Below are positions 23,184 to 32,320 of a stretch of 54,208 bases of DNA, piece by piece. Source of the DNA: a virus; IMG/VR virus record IMGVR_UViG_3300029461_000002; one strand, written 5' to 3'. Every line of letters begins with the position of its first letter. Position 1 is the stretch's first letter. The notes below the pieces were generated by a model. It was not told the DNA's origin. It saw only the letters and a program-made list of their open reading frames with translations, and searched no databases. The translations under genes and the position numbers were made by a program.

Positions 23184-26159
23184 ATGGTAATGAATGTACG
23201 TCATAGTAAGATAAGAAAGACAGCCCTTCCACGTACTGGAAGGGCGTTAGACGCTATTGGAGGCGGATCTATAACGAGCTATCGAATAGAATCCGGAGAA
23301 GGCGGTGGGGGGGCTTCGCTTATTGAGATTCAAGAAGGGAAGGGTATATCTATTACCAAGAATGATCATATATATGAGATATCTCATAAGGACACGTCTA
23401 CCGCAAATTCAATTATCAAAGAAAAGAAAAAAGCCTTAGCGGGAATAGGTCTTGATGACTTCGGCCATGTCACGGGCTTGGATACCTGTGACATACTCGA
23501 TCTTGAGGACTTGGATAAGAGGTATCTTCGCAAGGATATCAATGACGAGGCGGCGGGAGAGATCATCTTCGACAAGAAGATAGGCTCCTCCATCTTTCTT
23601 GACGGCATGGACGGTAAGGGCTGGGAGATCAAGGCCGACGGTTCCGGTATCATGGAGGCGTTGAAGGTGCGTTCCGACATATACGCTGGCAACAAGATCG
23701 GCTCCATATCGTTCGCCCCCGGCTTCACCGGCTGGGGCACGGAGATAGACATCCCCACGGCCACGGGAACCTTTGACAACATATTCGTTAGGAAGACCTT
23801 CACGGCCTACGAGATAGTGTATTCACAGATATACGGGTTGGGCGGCAACCAGATCGTCTCCGATATCAACAAGATAGGGAGGGTCGAGAGGCTGTCCGAT
23901 CGCTGGAGATGCTACATGGACGACATGGACGGCCTTATGCTGATGAACCTCAGGGAAGGTGACGGCGTGAGGATACAGAGACGGAACGGTATCACGTCCA
24001 CTAAATATATCTTCGGTCGCTGTATCGGTATCTCATCCGACTATTTCGACGTGGCCTATCCGCTGATAGAGGGTACCGGCGAGCCAGAGGCTGGGGATTT
24101 CGCCATGCGTTGGGGTAACGACAGGGATACCACTAGGCAGGGCCTTATCTACCTGACATCGGCGGATCAAGGAGCGCCGTTCATTGCCGTATATGACGGT
24201 ATCACGGGCGTTTCCACGCAAGACACGCTGAAGGCCCAGCTAGGCAACCTCTCCATGATCCGTACCAAGAACGGGACCCAGCTGAAGGGTTACGGGGCTT
24301 ACCTGAACGGGATCTATATAGAGAACTCGTCCATATACCTCGATAACGGCATGACCGTGGAGCAGCAGTTCTACGTGATGAACGGGGAGCTGAGGAGCGA
24401 GATTGAGGGGGTGAGGAACGACATGTCTCTGGAATCCGGGAATATACTTGTCAATTCCACGTTCGGGAAGGACACGAATTATTGGGCGGAGGCCAACGAC
24501 ATCCATTTCATCAACGTGAGCGGCAATCTCCTGTGGGTGGGCGGTTCTTTTTACTCGGACAAGAGGAAGGTTTCCGATATCTATAGGGATGGCAACAGGA
24601 ACGTGCTTCGCATCAAGGACACGTATATATTCCAGCGTAACGACGTGATGAAAGTTCCTGAGTTGGAAGAGAGCGATGAGGGTCATACGTTCTCCTTCTC
24701 CTTGTTTTACAAGGTCATGAGACGAGGTGTTTTGACGGTGGGTTTCGCCGGGCAGGAGTTGTACGACTCCTTGACCCTCGATCCGTCCGACGAGTACGTG
24801 AAACTGTCCAAGGTCGGCAAATGGGACGGTACCGGGGATTTCCGGATCGGATTCACCGGCGAGATATTGATCTACGGCGTGTCGTTGTTCAATGACAGGC
24901 TGGCCGATGCCGTGATAAAGCTTGAGACGCGGATCTTGCAGACGGAGGAATATATAAAGTTACTGGCCACTAAGGATTACGTGGACTCGGAGACCGGGGC
25001 GATATATACCAAGTATGACGCTGAGTTGTCGGTCATGGCCGATAAGATTGAGCAACGTGTAACCAAGACGGATTTCGATACGGAGACAGGAGCGATTAAA
25101 TCGGAGCTAGAAGGAAAGATTACCGTAGAGGCTGGAAGGATAACGAGCTTGTCGACATCATTAGATAACACAAACAATTCGCTTACGCAAGTAGGCACGG
25201 AATTGGATGCTGTAAAAGGTAATCTGGAGCTATATGTCAAGAAAGATGGTGTGATAAGTTCAATCAATCTTTCAGATGAAGGCATATTGATACAGGCTAA
25301 CAGGATCAATCTTGTAGGGGCGGTGACATTCAATATGTTCAATACGGATGTCAAAAATACGATCAATAACGCTAGCAGTAATGCCAGTTCGGCTCTATCG
25401 AAAGCTAACGAAGCCTTGTCTGACGCTTCTAGCGCATGGAGTAAGGCTTCGTCTGCCGAATCAACTGCTAGTACAGCATATTCAAACGCTTCCAAGGCTA
25501 TTCAAGACGCAGCTACGGCCATATCAAATGCCGCTAAAGCCGTAACTACAGCCGGTTCAGCGCAAGAAGCTGTTAACAATCTTCCTGCATGGAGTAAGGA
25601 GGCTAGTATAATAAAGGCCTTAACTTCTGCCACTGTGATAGTTAATGGATATATAAAGACATCCATGATCGACGTAGATAATCTGTACGCAACCAGTTTG
25701 GCGGCAGTAAGGGGTACGATAGGAGGATTTACTATAGGGAGCAATAAACTATCCTCTAATACAGCAAATGGAGGAACATTCTCCATTAATCCATCAGGCA
25801 ATATCACTTTTGAGGAATCTACAAGAAAGGCGGTATTTGGAACTAATGGTCATACTTCAGAATCAGAAGGTGTCCCTTTTGTATCATTGATAGATGACAG
25901 CTCTTCTCTGTCAACGGGGATTAGAGTCTTAACAAGGGCTTCTAGGTCTTATGCGTTATATGCATCTTATAATAAAGATGAGAATGTCGGTAGAAGAGAC
26001 ATAGAACTAGGATTTAGGGCATTTAGAGGGGATGAATCATGGTTTAAAAGAGGGTTCATGAGAATTACTCAAATGCCTCATGCCAGTAACATAGGTAGTA
26101 TTAATGAATCATATAATGTCAGATGGGATGCCGAATCTGGTTACTTTTATCTGGAATAA
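23184..26159 (+). CDS. Tail fibre / tail-associated receptor-binding protein
   Basis: 991 aa. Has a long Ser/Ala-rich coiled-coil segment (SSALSKANEALSDASSAWSKASSAESTASTAYSNASKAIQDAATAISNAAKAV). Position after the distal tail gene. GC composition is mosaic. Confidence 0.55.
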   Translation: MVMNVRHSKIRKTALPRTGRALDAIGGGSITSYRIESGEGGGGASLIEIQEGKGISITKNDHIYEISHKDTSTANSIIKEKKKALAGIGLDDFGHVTGLDTCDILDLEDLDKRYLRKDINDEAAGEIIFDKKIGSSIFLDGMDGKGWEIKADGSGIMEALKVRSDIYAGNKIGSISFAPGFTGWGTEIDIPTATGTFDNIFVRKTFTAYEIVYSQIYGLGGNQIVSDINKIGRVERLSDRWRCYMDDMDGLMLMNLREGDGVRIQRRNGITSTKYIFGRCIGISSDYFDVAYPLIEGTGEPEAGDFAMRWGNDRDTTRQGLIYLTSADQGAPFIAVYDGITGVSTQDTLKAQLGNLSMIRTKNGTQLKGYGAYLNGIYIENSSIYLDNGMTVEQQFYVMNGELRSEIEGVRNDMSLESGNILVNSTFGKDTNYWAEANDIHFINVSGNLLWVGGSFYSDKRKVSDIYRDGNRNVLRIKDTYIFQRNDVMKVPELEESDEGHTFSFSLFYKVMRRGVLTVGFAGQELYDSLTLDPSDEYVKLSKVGKWDGTGDFRIGFTGEILIYGVSLFNDRLADAVIKLETRILQTEEYIKLLATKDYVDSETGAIYTKYDAELSVMADKIEQRVTKTDFDTETGAIKSELEGKITVEAGRITSLSTSLDNTNNSLTQVGTELDAVKGNLELYVKKDGVISSINLSDEGILIQANRINLVGAVTFNMFNTDVKNTINNASSNASSALSKANEALSDASSAWSKASSAESTASTAYSNASKAIQDAATAISNAAKAVTTAGSAQEAVNNLPAWSKEASIIKALTSATVIVNGYIKTSMIDVDNLYATSLAAVRGTIGGFTIGSNKLSSNTANGGTFSINPSGNITFEESTRKAVFGTNGHTSESEGVPFVSLIDDSSSLSTGIRVLTRASRSYALYASYNKDENVGRRDIELGFRAFRGDESWFKRGFMRITQMPHASNIGSINESYNVRWDAESGYFYLE

Positions 26160-26185
26160 TATTAACAACTAAAATACAGTAAATC

Positions 26186-26476
26186 ATGAAAGTAAATTTC
26201 AACAAGCCCCTAAAGACCTTCAGGGGGGAAGACATGAAGGACGAGTTCGGAAAAGTTCAGATCATCAAGGATATAGTATGCGCTAGGCTTTACTCGTCCG
26301 GCGATGACATGAATCAAGACGAGAAGTTCGAGGCTTACAACCTCATGACACGGATCAACGCCGCCGAGGGTGAATTAGATATCAGCGACAAGGAATCAGT
26401 ATTGATAAAGAAATGTTGCGACAAGACGTTGACCGCAGGGGCCTTCGGTCAGATCTTTAACATTTTAAACGTATGA
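26186..26476 (+). CDS. Hypothetical protein
   Basis: 96-aa ORF in the tail-fibre region. Confidence 0.4.
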   Translation: MKVNFNKPLKTFRGEDMKDEFGKVQIIKDIVCARLYSSGDDMNQDEKFEAYNLMTRINAAEGELDISDKESVLIKKCCDKTLTAGAFGQIFNILNV

Positions 26477-26480
26477 GACC

Positions 26481-26768
26481 ATGGAGATAACGAGCGATAC
26501 TAGGACAATAAACGGCTACTCGGAAGTAGCCGGTATCAAGATACAGTATTCCGCCTCGGTCAAGACCGATGAGCGGATAGACCGGATAACAGGCTCTTTT
26601 ATCAAGGACGGGGTACGTGTGGGATCTCTGGCCTACGAGCGTAACGGGCAATTCTTCATGTCGGTGGACAAGCCCGGCGTGATAACGAGCAAGGAGGATG
26701 CGGTGGCCATCGCCACTCAATTCTTTAACGACACTTACGAGATGTTGAACAGTCAAGCGGTGGAGTAA
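26481..26768 (+). CDS. Hypothetical protein
   Basis: 95-aa ORF in the tail-fibre region. Confidence 0.4.
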   Translation: MEITSDTRTINGYSEVAGIKIQYSASVKTDERIDRITGSFIKDGVRVGSLAYERNGQFFMSVDKPGVITSKEDAVAIATQFFNDTYEMLNSQAVE

Positions 26769-26769
26769 T

Positions 26770-28110
26770 ATGGAAAGCATCATCCTATCATCGGGCACCG
26801 AGGTAACCCCCGAGGACATCCAGAAGATAGCGTCGGCGGTCAACGACCTCTTGCTGACCACGTCGAAAGACCCGGGGCAGTACGAGGAGGCCAAGAGCCT
26901 GCAAGGTATATCGTCCTTGCCGGTGTTCAGGCAATCCGGCTCGGCCTACGATCTCGTGCGTGTGGCCATATCCTTGTTGAGGGGCGTTGACGGGAAACAG
27001 ATCGTCTTGCAGGTCACCGCCGATTACATACAGTGGCGTTACGAGGACGGGATGTGGCAGAACCTCATACCGCTCGCCGACTTGAAGAGGCCGGCCACGG
27101 AAGCCGCCGCCGATGTGCGTGAGAGGATGGACGCTATCGTGAGCGAGGTGAACGCCTTGAAGACCCAGTTCGAGAACGACGTGAGGCACGCCTTGGAGAG
27201 GGCGGACGCGGCAACCGAGAAAGCGAACACGGCGGCTGAGAACGCCAAGTCGGTGTCTGACCACCCGGGCTATATCGGCGATGACTTCCATGTCTACACG
27301 TGGGATTACGCTACCGGGGCCTATATCAAGACGGACAGGATACTGAAACCGGAGGCGTTCACGATCTACAAGGTCTATAAGTCCGTCTCGGCTATGGAGG
27401 CGGACAAGTCTAACGTCCCGGAGGGGAAGTTCGTCATCATCAACACGGGCAGCGTGGAGGAGGAGGATACCGGCAAGCTATATCTCAGGACATCCACGGG
27501 CTACGACTATATCGTGGACGTTTCCGGCATGAGAGGCTTCACCGGGAAGACCCCGCAATTCTCCATAGGCACCATAACGGCGGGCACGTATCCTTCCGTA
27601 TCGTTGTCCGACGGGGGCACGGACACATCCGGCAACCCCGTATACAGGATGAACTTCGTGTTGCAGAGAGGCCCTAGGGGATTCTCTCCCAAGATATCGA
27701 TCGGGAAGGTAACGACCGGTCTCCCGGGCACGGCGGCCCAAGCCACGATAACGGAGAAGGGAGAGACCGAGGAAGGGGTACCATTGGCGGAATTAGACCT
27801 TACCATCCCGCAAGGACAGGACGGGGCGGTGGTCGGCGTATACAAGACAAGGGAGATCGACCATGTCCCGGGGGCTAACGACGTGACCTACGAGGAGGGC
27901 GGCGAGACCAAGAGCTACCCTATAGGCGGTGAGGTCTACCTAAGGGAATCTCCCGGTGACGTTACGTTCTACAAGCTCCACGACATAGTGGAGGGTAAGG
28001 CCATATGGGAGGAGTCTTCCGGAGCCGCCTTGCCGGGGAACGTCTACTTGACCGGGGCGAATTACTACAATGAATCAGTAACAATTATCGATAAAGGGAT
28101 ATTATCATGA
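26770..28110 (+). CDS. Tail-fibre-like structural protein
   Basis: 446 aa, GC-rich, with a coiled-coil segment and a beta-rich C-terminus. 4-nt overlap with the DGR target gene. Confidence 0.5.
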   Translation: MESIILSSGTEVTPEDIQKIASAVNDLLLTTSKDPGQYEEAKSLQGISSLPVFRQSGSAYDLVRVAISLLRGVDGKQIVLQVTADYIQWRYEDGMWQNLIPLADLKRPATEAAADVRERMDAIVSEVNALKTQFENDVRHALERADAATEKANTAAENAKSVSDHPGYIGDDFHVYTWDYATGAYIKTDRILKPEAFTIYKVYKSVSAMEADKSNVPEGKFVIINTGSVEEEDTGKLYLRTSTGYDYIVDVSGMRGFTGKTPQFSIGTITAGTYPSVSLSDGGTDTSGNPVYRMNFVLQRGPRGFSPKISIGKVTTGLPGTAAQATITEKGETEEGVPLAELDLTIPQGQDGAVVGVYKTREIDHVPGANDVTYEEGGETKSYPIGGEVYLRESPGDVTFYKLHDIVEGKAIWEESSGAALPGNVYLTGANYYNESVTIIDKGILS

Positions 28111-30254
28111 GCAAGAGAGGAGCTTACGTATACCAACAGATAGAGCAGTCCACCGCCGAGTGGACGGCTGACAGCACCATATACCCGCCGTCGCTATGGC
28201 TTTTCGAGCGGTTATCGAACGGCAATTTAAACATGAAGTTCTCGGACGGTGTCCATTCCTACTCCGAGCTTCCATTGATGATGCAAGACATCAAGGTGAG
28301 GATAAAGACTAACACGGACACGGAATACGTCTTGGAGATAACCTCCGCTGAGGGAACCATAACCACGCCTAACTTGCGTGACCATTACGACGATACGGAT
28401 ATCCGGAATCTGGTCACCGGTCTAAGGACGGACGTTGATAAGTTAAAGCCCGTTGTCACATCCACCCCGTCTAACGGACAGATAACCATAACGCCAACCA
28501 AGGCGAAAGAGGACGATCCGGACGTGTCGATAACGCTGGAGACCAAGGGGGACAAGGATAAGTCTCTGATGGCCGACGGTAAGTACCGCAAGCTGCCCGT
28601 GTACGGCAGGAACCTGTTGCTGGGATCTGGGAAGAAGGTGAGTAACTCGAATTATCCTACAGCATCTTATTGGTTAACTGAATCTATCCAAAAAAATGCG
28701 GAAGTGACTTGTACTATATGGGGAGATTTAGGTGAAGGTCTTGATTATTTTATGTTATTTAACTCAGGTGATAGAGGAGATCAATTTGTCAGATATACAC
28801 CTGAAGATTTTGTTAAAGGAAAGGCTAGCAAAACATTTAAATGGAGAAGTCAAACAACAGATGGTGATGAGACATCTAATACTTTCTTGAGAGTTTATGC
28901 TTTTCCCAGATCAAGTACTACTAGTACCATCCACAAGATCAAGCTTGAATATGGTGATATTTCTACTGAATGGTCTCCAGCTTGGGAGGATACCCCGGAT
29001 ATAGAGGAGCGATACGCCTACGGTGTCGAGTGGGACATGGCATCGTCAAGCCCGGACGGGAAACGTGTTGGAAATATGCAACTGCATAGGGATTTGCCGG
29101 TGCAGAGTAAGATGCGAAGGTGCATGATTGATAACAATGGAGGTATACTAAGTTACGTTACAGGGTCGGATGAAACGATAAACGAGTCCTATCTAAAAGC
29201 CTCGTTAATGACTGAAATTCCAGATCATTGGACTAAGATTTACATTAATGGCACTAAGTTTAGAATAATGTTATCCGCTATTCCATTACCGGGATACAAA
29301 CACGTGGATAAATTCTACATATCAACAGTAGAGGCTAGGATTAGCAGAAGTACGTCCATGTTGATATCTATGAGTAGTGCTACCTCGTTATCGGAAGATT
29401 TCCGTGGCGGCGACAACACCGCTGAATGGGACGGCACCTATCGTTCCTTGCTAGGCCGTCCCGTCACCAACCTCACCCGAGACCAATTCCGGCAAGCCGC
29501 AAGGAAAAGAGGCAGCGGATGGGAAATGTATACCTACAACGCCCACAAGATCCTGTTCTGGCTATTCGCCGTCGAGTACGCCACGCTGGACAGCCAGAAG
29601 CCTTTCAACGCCCAGAAGGACGCTAACGGTTTCGCCCAAGGAGGCTTAGGTCCGGGACCTACTCAAATGACGGATTGGACTAATTTCAACAACGCCAATC
29701 CACTTATCCCATGCGGCTATACCAACGAGTTCGGGAACGGCTCGGGAGAGAAGGCGTATGTCGTGAAGAACGCTTCCGGCGGTACTCACGCCACGTTGAT
29801 GGCTAACAGGTATCGTGGCATAGAGAATCCGTTCGGTCACATCTGGAAATACACTGACGGGGCTAATATACAGGTCACCACGGGCGATGCCGGATTGTCT
29901 ATTCTATGGACTACCGATGACCCGTCGAATTTCAGCGACACCTCTTACACCGGTTATGACAAGAAAGGCAATATCTGCCGTACAAACGGTTATGCCAAGA
30001 AGATGTTGCTTGGGGAAGATGGCGATATAGTGGCCACGGAGGTCGGAGGTAGCTCCTCTACCTACTGGTGCGACTACTACTACACCTACACATCGGCTAA
30101 CCGCATGCAGGTGGTGCTGGTTGGCGGTGCTGCGGGCAGCGGGTCGGGTGCGGGCCTCGCTAACGTGCATACGCATCATGCGCCTTCCGATGCGGATCGT
30201 CGCCTCGGTTCGCGCCTTTGCTTTTTCCCCGAATTTCGTAAAACGTCGGCGTAG
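28107..30254 (+). CDS. DGR target protein: tail-fibre/receptor-binding-like with C-terminal C-type-lectin-type variable region
   Basis: 715 aa. The N-terminal segment ...STAEWTADSTIYPPSLWLFERLSNGNLNMKFSDGVHSYSELP looks like a phage-fibre N-domain pattern. The C-terminal 40 aa are encoded by the VR that matches the TR. Confidence 0.85.
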   Translation: MSKRGAYVYQQIEQSTAEWTADSTIYPPSLWLFERLSNGNLNMKFSDGVHSYSELPLMMQDIKVRIKTNTDTEYVLEITSAEGTITTPNLRDHYDDTDIRNLVTGLRTDVDKLKPVVTSTPSNGQITITPTKAKEDDPDVSITLETKGDKDKSLMADGKYRKLPVYGRNLLLGSGKKVSNSNYPTASYWLTESIQKNAEVTCTIWGDLGEGLDYFMLFNSGDRGDQFVRYTPEDFVKGKASKTFKWRSQTTDGDETSNTFLRVYAFPRSSTTSTIHKIKLEYGDISTEWSPAWEDTPDIEERYAYGVEWDMASSSPDGKRVGNMQLHRDLPVQSKMRRCMIDNNGGILSYVTGSDETINESYLKASLMTEIPDHWTKIYINGTKFRIMLSAIPLPGYKHVDKFYISTVEARISRSTSMLISMSSATSLSEDFRGGDNTAEWDGTYRSLLGRPVTNLTRDQFRQAARKRGSGWEMYTYNAHKILFWLFAVEYATLDSQKPFNAQKDANGFAQGGLGPGPTQMTDWTNFNNANPLIPCGYTNEFGNGSGEKAYVVKNASGGTHATLMANRYRGIENPFGHIWKYTDGANIQVTTGDAGLSILWTTDDPSNFSDTSYTGYDKKGNICRTNGYAKKMLLGEDGDIVATEVGGSSSTYWCDYYYTYTSANRMQVVLVGGAAGSGSGAGLANVHTHHAPSDADRRLGSRLCFFPEFRKTSA
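30109..30226 (+). repeat. DGR variable repeat (VR)
   Basis: 118-nt gap-free alignment to TR 30671-30788. All mismatches fall at TR adenines. Confidence 0.9.
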
Positions 30255-30281
30255 CCGCACGTCTCACGTCGGGATTTTTTT
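30243..30281 (+). terminator. Two mutually exclusive hairpins plus a T7 run directly 3' of the VR (hairpin A spans the target stop codon; hairpin B is a terminator)
   Basis: Hairpin A spans 30243-30262 (acgtcggc-gta-gccgcacgt, 8 bp with one bulge). Hairpin B spans 30255-30272 (ccgcacgt-ctc-acgtcgg, 7 bp with one bulge) and is followed by gaTTTTTTT. The direct repeat acgtcgg occurs at 30243 and 30266. Confidence 0.5.
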
Positions 30282-30293
30282 GTATAACGTTTA

Positions 30294-30647
30294 ATGAAGA
30301 TAAAAATGGAAGAAGAAAAGAATAAAGATGACGGCAGCTTGTCGTTCTTGAATATCCCAAGGGATAAGAACTCAAGGCATTTTAATTGTCCGGAGATCAC
30401 CCAACAGAAGTTGACGAATCTCACGTTCTGGGTAATCGATTACATGGATGGCGTGTCCACCAAGTTCGGGAAAGACAGGGCGCTTGTCATGATCAAGGAG
30501 AATCTAGAGGATAAGGATAGTGATGCCAAGAAATTCTTTACGAACTCCCAAGAGATCAAGTACGTTCTTGGTAAGATAAAGGAGATGGACAAGTTCCCGA
30601 GGAAAGTGACGATGCGAGCCTCCGGGAACAGGTATTATCTCGAATGA
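30294..30647 (+). CDS. Small ORF in the Avd position of the DGR (not obviously Avd-like)
   Basis: 117 aa lying between VR and TR. The sequence (LTFWVIDYMDGVSTKFGKDRALVMIKE...KVTMRASGNRYYLE) looks beta-rich with an acidic centre, unlike the basic four-helix-bundle Avd. Confidence 0.5.
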   Translation: MKIKMEEEKNKDDGSLSFLNIPRDKNSRHFNCPEITQQKLTNLTFWVIDYMDGVSTKFGKDRALVMIKENLEDKDSDAKKFFTNSQEIKYVLGKIKEMDKFPRKVTMRASGNRYYLE

Positions 30648-30670
30648 CGGAATGAGGGTCGATCATCCCT

Positions 30671-30788
30671 AGGTGGTGCTGGTTGGCGGTAATGCGGACA
30701 ACAGGTCGAATGCAGGCCTCGCTAACGTGAATACGAATAATGCGCCTTCCGATGCGAATCGTAACATCGGTTCACGCCTATACTTTTA
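30671..30788 (+). repeat. DGR template repeat (TR)
   Basis: Non-coding copy of the VR. In the VR frame it reads VVLVGGNADNRSNAGLANVNTNNAPSDANRNIGSRLYF*, rich in AAY codons. It lies 23 nt after the accessory ORF and about 135 nt before the RT start. Confidence 0.9.
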
Positions 30789-30924
30789 GAGAGGGGAAAA
30801 GATATTTAGATAACAAACAGGGATGGTGGCCTCGCCTCTTGGCGAAAAAAGTCTCCCCATATAAAGGGTGTTGGTAGGGAAACCGAAGACTCCCTATGAT
30901 AAAAAGCAAATTAATGACAATAAA

Positions 30925-31962
30925 ATGAAGAGAATAGGGAATTTATTTGATAAGATAGCGAATATGGACAACTTGATACTTGCGGACATGAAAGCCCGAA
31001 GGGGAAAGAAGGATTCATACGGCATAAGGTTGTTTGACAAGGACAAAGAGGGTAATCTAAGCCGTTTGCTAAAGTCTCTGCTGGATGGCACATTCAAGAC
31101 TTCCAAGTACCGGACTGATACCATCTATGAGCCAAAAGAAAGGATCATCTTCAAGCTCCCTTATTATCCGGACAGGATATTGCATCATGCCATAATGAAC
31201 GTCATGGAACCTATATGGGTTTCCGTGTTCACGGCTGATACGACATCATGTATCAAGGGAAGAGGAATAACGGAGGCGTATAAGAGGACAAGACGGGCTT
31301 TGTCCGATCGTGAATCCGTCTATTGCCTCAAGGTTGATATCCGCAAATTCTATCCGTCAATAGACCATGAGGTGTTGAAAGGCATCGCTCGGAAGAAGAT
31401 CAAGGACGATCGCTTGCTTATGTTGTTGGATGAGATCATTGATTCCGCTCCCGGCGTTCCGATCGGGAACTATCTTAGCCAATATCTTGCGAATCTTTAT
31501 CTCGCCTATCTGGATCACGAGATAAAGGAGATTATAGATATAAGGCATTATATCAGATACGCGGATGACATGACTTTTTTCCATCATGATAAGTGTTTCT
31601 TGAGAAACGTATTACTTCCGTGGCTTATCGATAGATTGGCCGTGTTGAAGTTGGAGCTGAAAGGGAATTACCAGATATTTAAGATCGCTGAGAGAAGATC
31701 GGATAAAAGCGGCCGTGGTATAGATTTCGTGGGGTTCGTTTTCTATAAGGAGCATATACGGATAAGGAAGAGGACTAAGCAAAATCTATGTCGTGCGGCG
31801 GCTAGATTGAATAAAGTCCCGAATATATCCTTAACGGAATACAAGGCAGGTCTAGCCGGTTGGCTGGGCTGGATATATGATAGCGATAGCAAGCATTTAG
31901 CTAAGAAAATTTTAAAACCAGAGTTTTATGAAGCGATCATGGAGCGACACAATGCCGCCTAG
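30925..31962 (+). CDS. DGR reverse transcriptase
   Basis: Has the IGNYLSQYLANLYL motif (DGR-type I/LGxxxSQ) and the IRYADDMTFF YxDD box. I prefer ATG 30925 (MKRIGNLFDKI...); the track ORF starts at 30868. Confidence 0.9.
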   Translation: MKRIGNLFDKIANMDNLILADMKARRGKKDSYGIRLFDKDKEGNLSRLLKSLLDGTFKTSKYRTDTIYEPKERIIFKLPYYPDRILHHAIMNVMEPIWVSVFTADTTSCIKGRGITEAYKRTRRALSDRESVYCLKVDIRKFYPSIDHEVLKGIARKKIKDDRLLMLLDEIIDSAPGVPIGNYLSQYLANLYLAYLDHEIKEIIDIRHYIRYADDMTFFHHDKCFLRNVLLPWLIDRLAVLKLELKGNYQIFKIAERRSDKSGRGIDFVGFVFYKEHIRIRKRTKQNLCRAAARLNKVPNISLTEYKAGLAGWLGWIYDSDSKHLAKKILKPEFYEAIMERHNAA

Positions 31963-32320
31963 AATAGAGCGGGACGGTGACGGTTCCTACCTGTACCGGT
32001 GGGACGTTAGAGAGGAGACAAGGGAGATGGGTGACGATATGGCCCCCGTGATCTCCTATAGTTACAACGAGGTCAGGGTATGGCCCACGTTGACTGCCAA
32101 CAAGATATTGGAGGCCTGTATCAACGCCCTATGGGACAAGGACGTGGAGCAAAAGAAGCTGAACGACTACAACGCCGCCCAGCTAGGCATACTGGACTTG
32201 TCATACGTGGAGTCTTATAAGACGTTCCTTAACGAGAGGAAGGCGTTGAAAGACCGTGTGGATAGCGATTTCGCCGAGTGGGAGGCGGCGAGAGAGGAGG
32301 AGAGCGTAGTGGTTTTATAA
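31952..32320 (+). CDS. Hypothetical protein downstream of the RT
   Basis: GC-rich ORF (track 31928..32320). The ATG at 31952 overlaps the RT 3' end by 11 nt. Confidence 0.4.
   Translation: MPPRIERDGDGSYLYRWDVREETREMGDDMAPVISYSYNEVRVWPTLTANKILEACINALWDKDVEQKKLNDYNAAQLGILDLSYVESYKTFLNERKALKDRVDSDFAEWEAAREEESVVVL

Noticed and set aside
23384-30260. Many long antisense or alternative-frame ORFs, for example 24240..24686(-), 24977..25495(-), 26457..26894(-), 26788..27291(-), 27507..27845(-) and 29904..30260(-).
   Set aside because: They occur only in GC-rich stretches, lie entirely inside longer plus-strand structural genes with recognisable synteny, and have low-complexity Arg/Pro/Gly-rich translations typical of shadow ORFs.
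30789-30924. A defined DGR spacer-RNA structure or self-priming site between the TR and the RT.
   Set aside because: Only short stems are visible (tcgcc-tctt-ggcga, ggga...tccc). I cannot assign a confident structure without folding software or homologues.
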